Source: Felis catus (lineage: Eukaryota). From it: a DNA stretch of 64,000 nucleotides. This document shows positions 62,601-64,000 of the stretch, piece after piece (the stretch's first letter is position 1; every line of letters starts with the position of its first letter). The DNA lies in the NCBI RefSeq assembly GCF_018350175.1, contig NC_058382.1, positions 50,966,001 to 51,030,000 on the forward strand, in the 5' to 3' direction. The translations under genes and the position numbers were made by a program. The notes below the pieces were generated by a model that was not told the origin of the DNA, did no database searches, and worked only from the letters and a program-made list of their open reading frames with translations.

Positions 62601-63537
62601 ACTCCTATTTCAAGTATTAGCTACCACGCGGCAGAGATAGGAAGTGATGGAGAGCTACTAATAATAAAAATGACAGTACCTATCAATAAATAATCAACGG
62701 CACAGGATTCAAACTCAAGCTTCTTTAACCCCTTTACATGGCTCTAACTTCTCCAAGATGCCACAGGGATCCAGCTTGCTCTCTGCCGTGGCATTTTATA
62801 TTTCTATAGCCAAGATGTTTGGGAGCTCAGAATGTGGCAGAATGGCACCTTCGATATTTAAGTATGTGCATCTTTTGGTGTTTTCTGATGTCTTTCTCTT
62901 CAAAGAAATGTTTTAAAAATCAGAGCCAGCCTTAAACCCTGAAAATTACTTTGTATGCCTAGATGCATTCATGATACACGCATCTGCATGCACAGGCAGG
63001 CCTATGCATAAGTATCCACCTTAACCCAGGGCAGCCACAGGGAGGATGGTGAGAACTGCTAGGGAGGTCCAGGTAACGAATACCCTATGTCCAATGAGAA
63101 TATGATCAATCTGCTACCTGAGTCTACAATGATGGCAGGCGGCAGGAGGGATGACGGTGATGGCACATCTTACTTTTTATTCTTCTTCATAAGGTAAAAT
63201 GTGAGACACGTGAGGCTGGCTACACGTTTGCTCTTAAACCTATGAGGAGCACATGTTCCAGTGTTTCACTCAGCGTGGAAACCATAACCAAGCTAAAGTC
63301 AACGAGAATTTCAAATAGGATTGGAAATCTGGTCCGTAACACCACAGCCAAGGTGCTCTAACAAGTGTTTTTAGTGAATTAGAATATCTGGGCATCTCTT
63401 TCCCCTTAGATTTCTAAAAAGATGATTTATAGAGGAATAAATTAAATCGTATCAATAAATAGTGATGCTTCTCTGACCAATTAAAGTTGCCATCTGCTTA
63501 GGTTCTTTAGAGAATTCCCCCAAAGAAGTCACCTTAC

Positions 63538-63736
63538 GGTTGATTTATGCTATCACGGGAGCTTTGCACCAAAGAGAAACCACAAATTCCTTTTCTTCCG
63601 ACTTAAGAAGTATCTTTCAGTGTGAAAGGCAAACTTCCTAAAGGCAGAACTGATGAAGTGGCACTTTTTTGAAACTCTGATTTGTAAGATCGCTAAGATC
63701 CAGTCCCTAGAAACGAGGCTTCACTTGGTCTCACAT
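63538..63736 (-). pseudogene. Pseudo-exon (199 nt)
   Basis: Acceptor ttgcatttattttcaacag and donor gtaagg. All three frames contain stops. One frame reads KVPLHQFCL*EVCLSH*KILLKSEEKEFVVSLWCKAPVIA. Confidence 0.5.
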
Positions 63737-64000
63737 CTGTTGAAAATAAATGCAATGGAAATCTAACTACAGGTCACGAGACAGACCTCACTCACATGAA
63801 TAAACATTGCTTGACAGAAGCCCCTAAGGAAGGCTAAGAGGAGGAATGGCACCCGACTCTGAAACCGAGCGGGGGGCTGGGTCTTGGCTTTGGAGCAGGT
63901 CAAGGGCGGGTTTCCGTTCTCAAGGCCACTGCTAGGCCATATGATCGGGCAAGTCCCTCGGCTTACAGGAAGCTCCGTGTTAAGTACACATGGCCGCCTA

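Larger units (their letters stand above)
167..63736 (-). pseudogene. Large multi-exon (non-processed) pseudogene, apparently of a protein with many cold-shock/OB-fold-like repeats; probably extends beyond both window ends
   Basis: About 45 minus-strand segments are bounded by polypyrimidine-AG and GT(A/G)AG-like sites. They lie in non-repeat DNA between transposons and often join in matching phase. Many contain stops or frameshifts. CSD-like peptides recur (e.g. RVFVFCSVVALPGVRLCEGGHFEV, LNMGDQRFLLFDQGK, GRDGFQATNVKFL, MKLGERVQ). Confidence 0.7.

Noticed and set aside
61090..63736. Terminal exons and 3' UTR of a separate functional gene (AATAAA near 61110)
   Set aside because: The region resolves into several short phase-linked internal exons. 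The AATAAA lies inside an open exon just before a GT donor.
1..64000. CRISPR arrays, prokaryotic operons or intact retroviral pol/env
   Set aside because: There are no regularly spaced repeats or long ORFs; the sequence is ordinary repeat-rich mammalian DNA.

Overview
Mammalian genomic DNA, almost certainly from a felid: it carries about 24 tRNA-derived Can-SINEs, including two near-identical young cat-type copies. I see no intact protein-coding gene, RNA gene or CRISPR array, and most listed ORFs are artefacts of SINEs, LINEs or antisense overlap. The main non-repeat signal is a chain of roughly 45 exon-like segments on the minus strand across the whole window. Most have a polypyrimidine/AG acceptor and a GT donor, many join in consistent phase, and many carry in-frame stops, frameshifts or mutated splice sites. 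Their translations repeatedly resemble cold-shock/OB-fold RNA-binding domains (G-x-V-x-W ... GFG ... VFV-x-x-S ... L-x-x-G-D-x-V-x-F ... A-x-N-V). I read this as a large, long-dead, non-processed pseudogene of a multi-cold-shock-domain protein that I cannot name; the domain call is by eye and needs HMM confirmation. Its introns hold a 3'-truncated ERV1-class provirus (28.2-33.4 kb), a deleted two-LTR ERVL provirus (42.9-45.2 kb), several MaLR/ERVL solo LTRs, a Tigger-like DNA transposon with intact TIRs, MER5/MER58 elements, L1/L2/MIR fragments and microsatellites. Repeat subfamily names come from remembered consensus motifs and are approximate.
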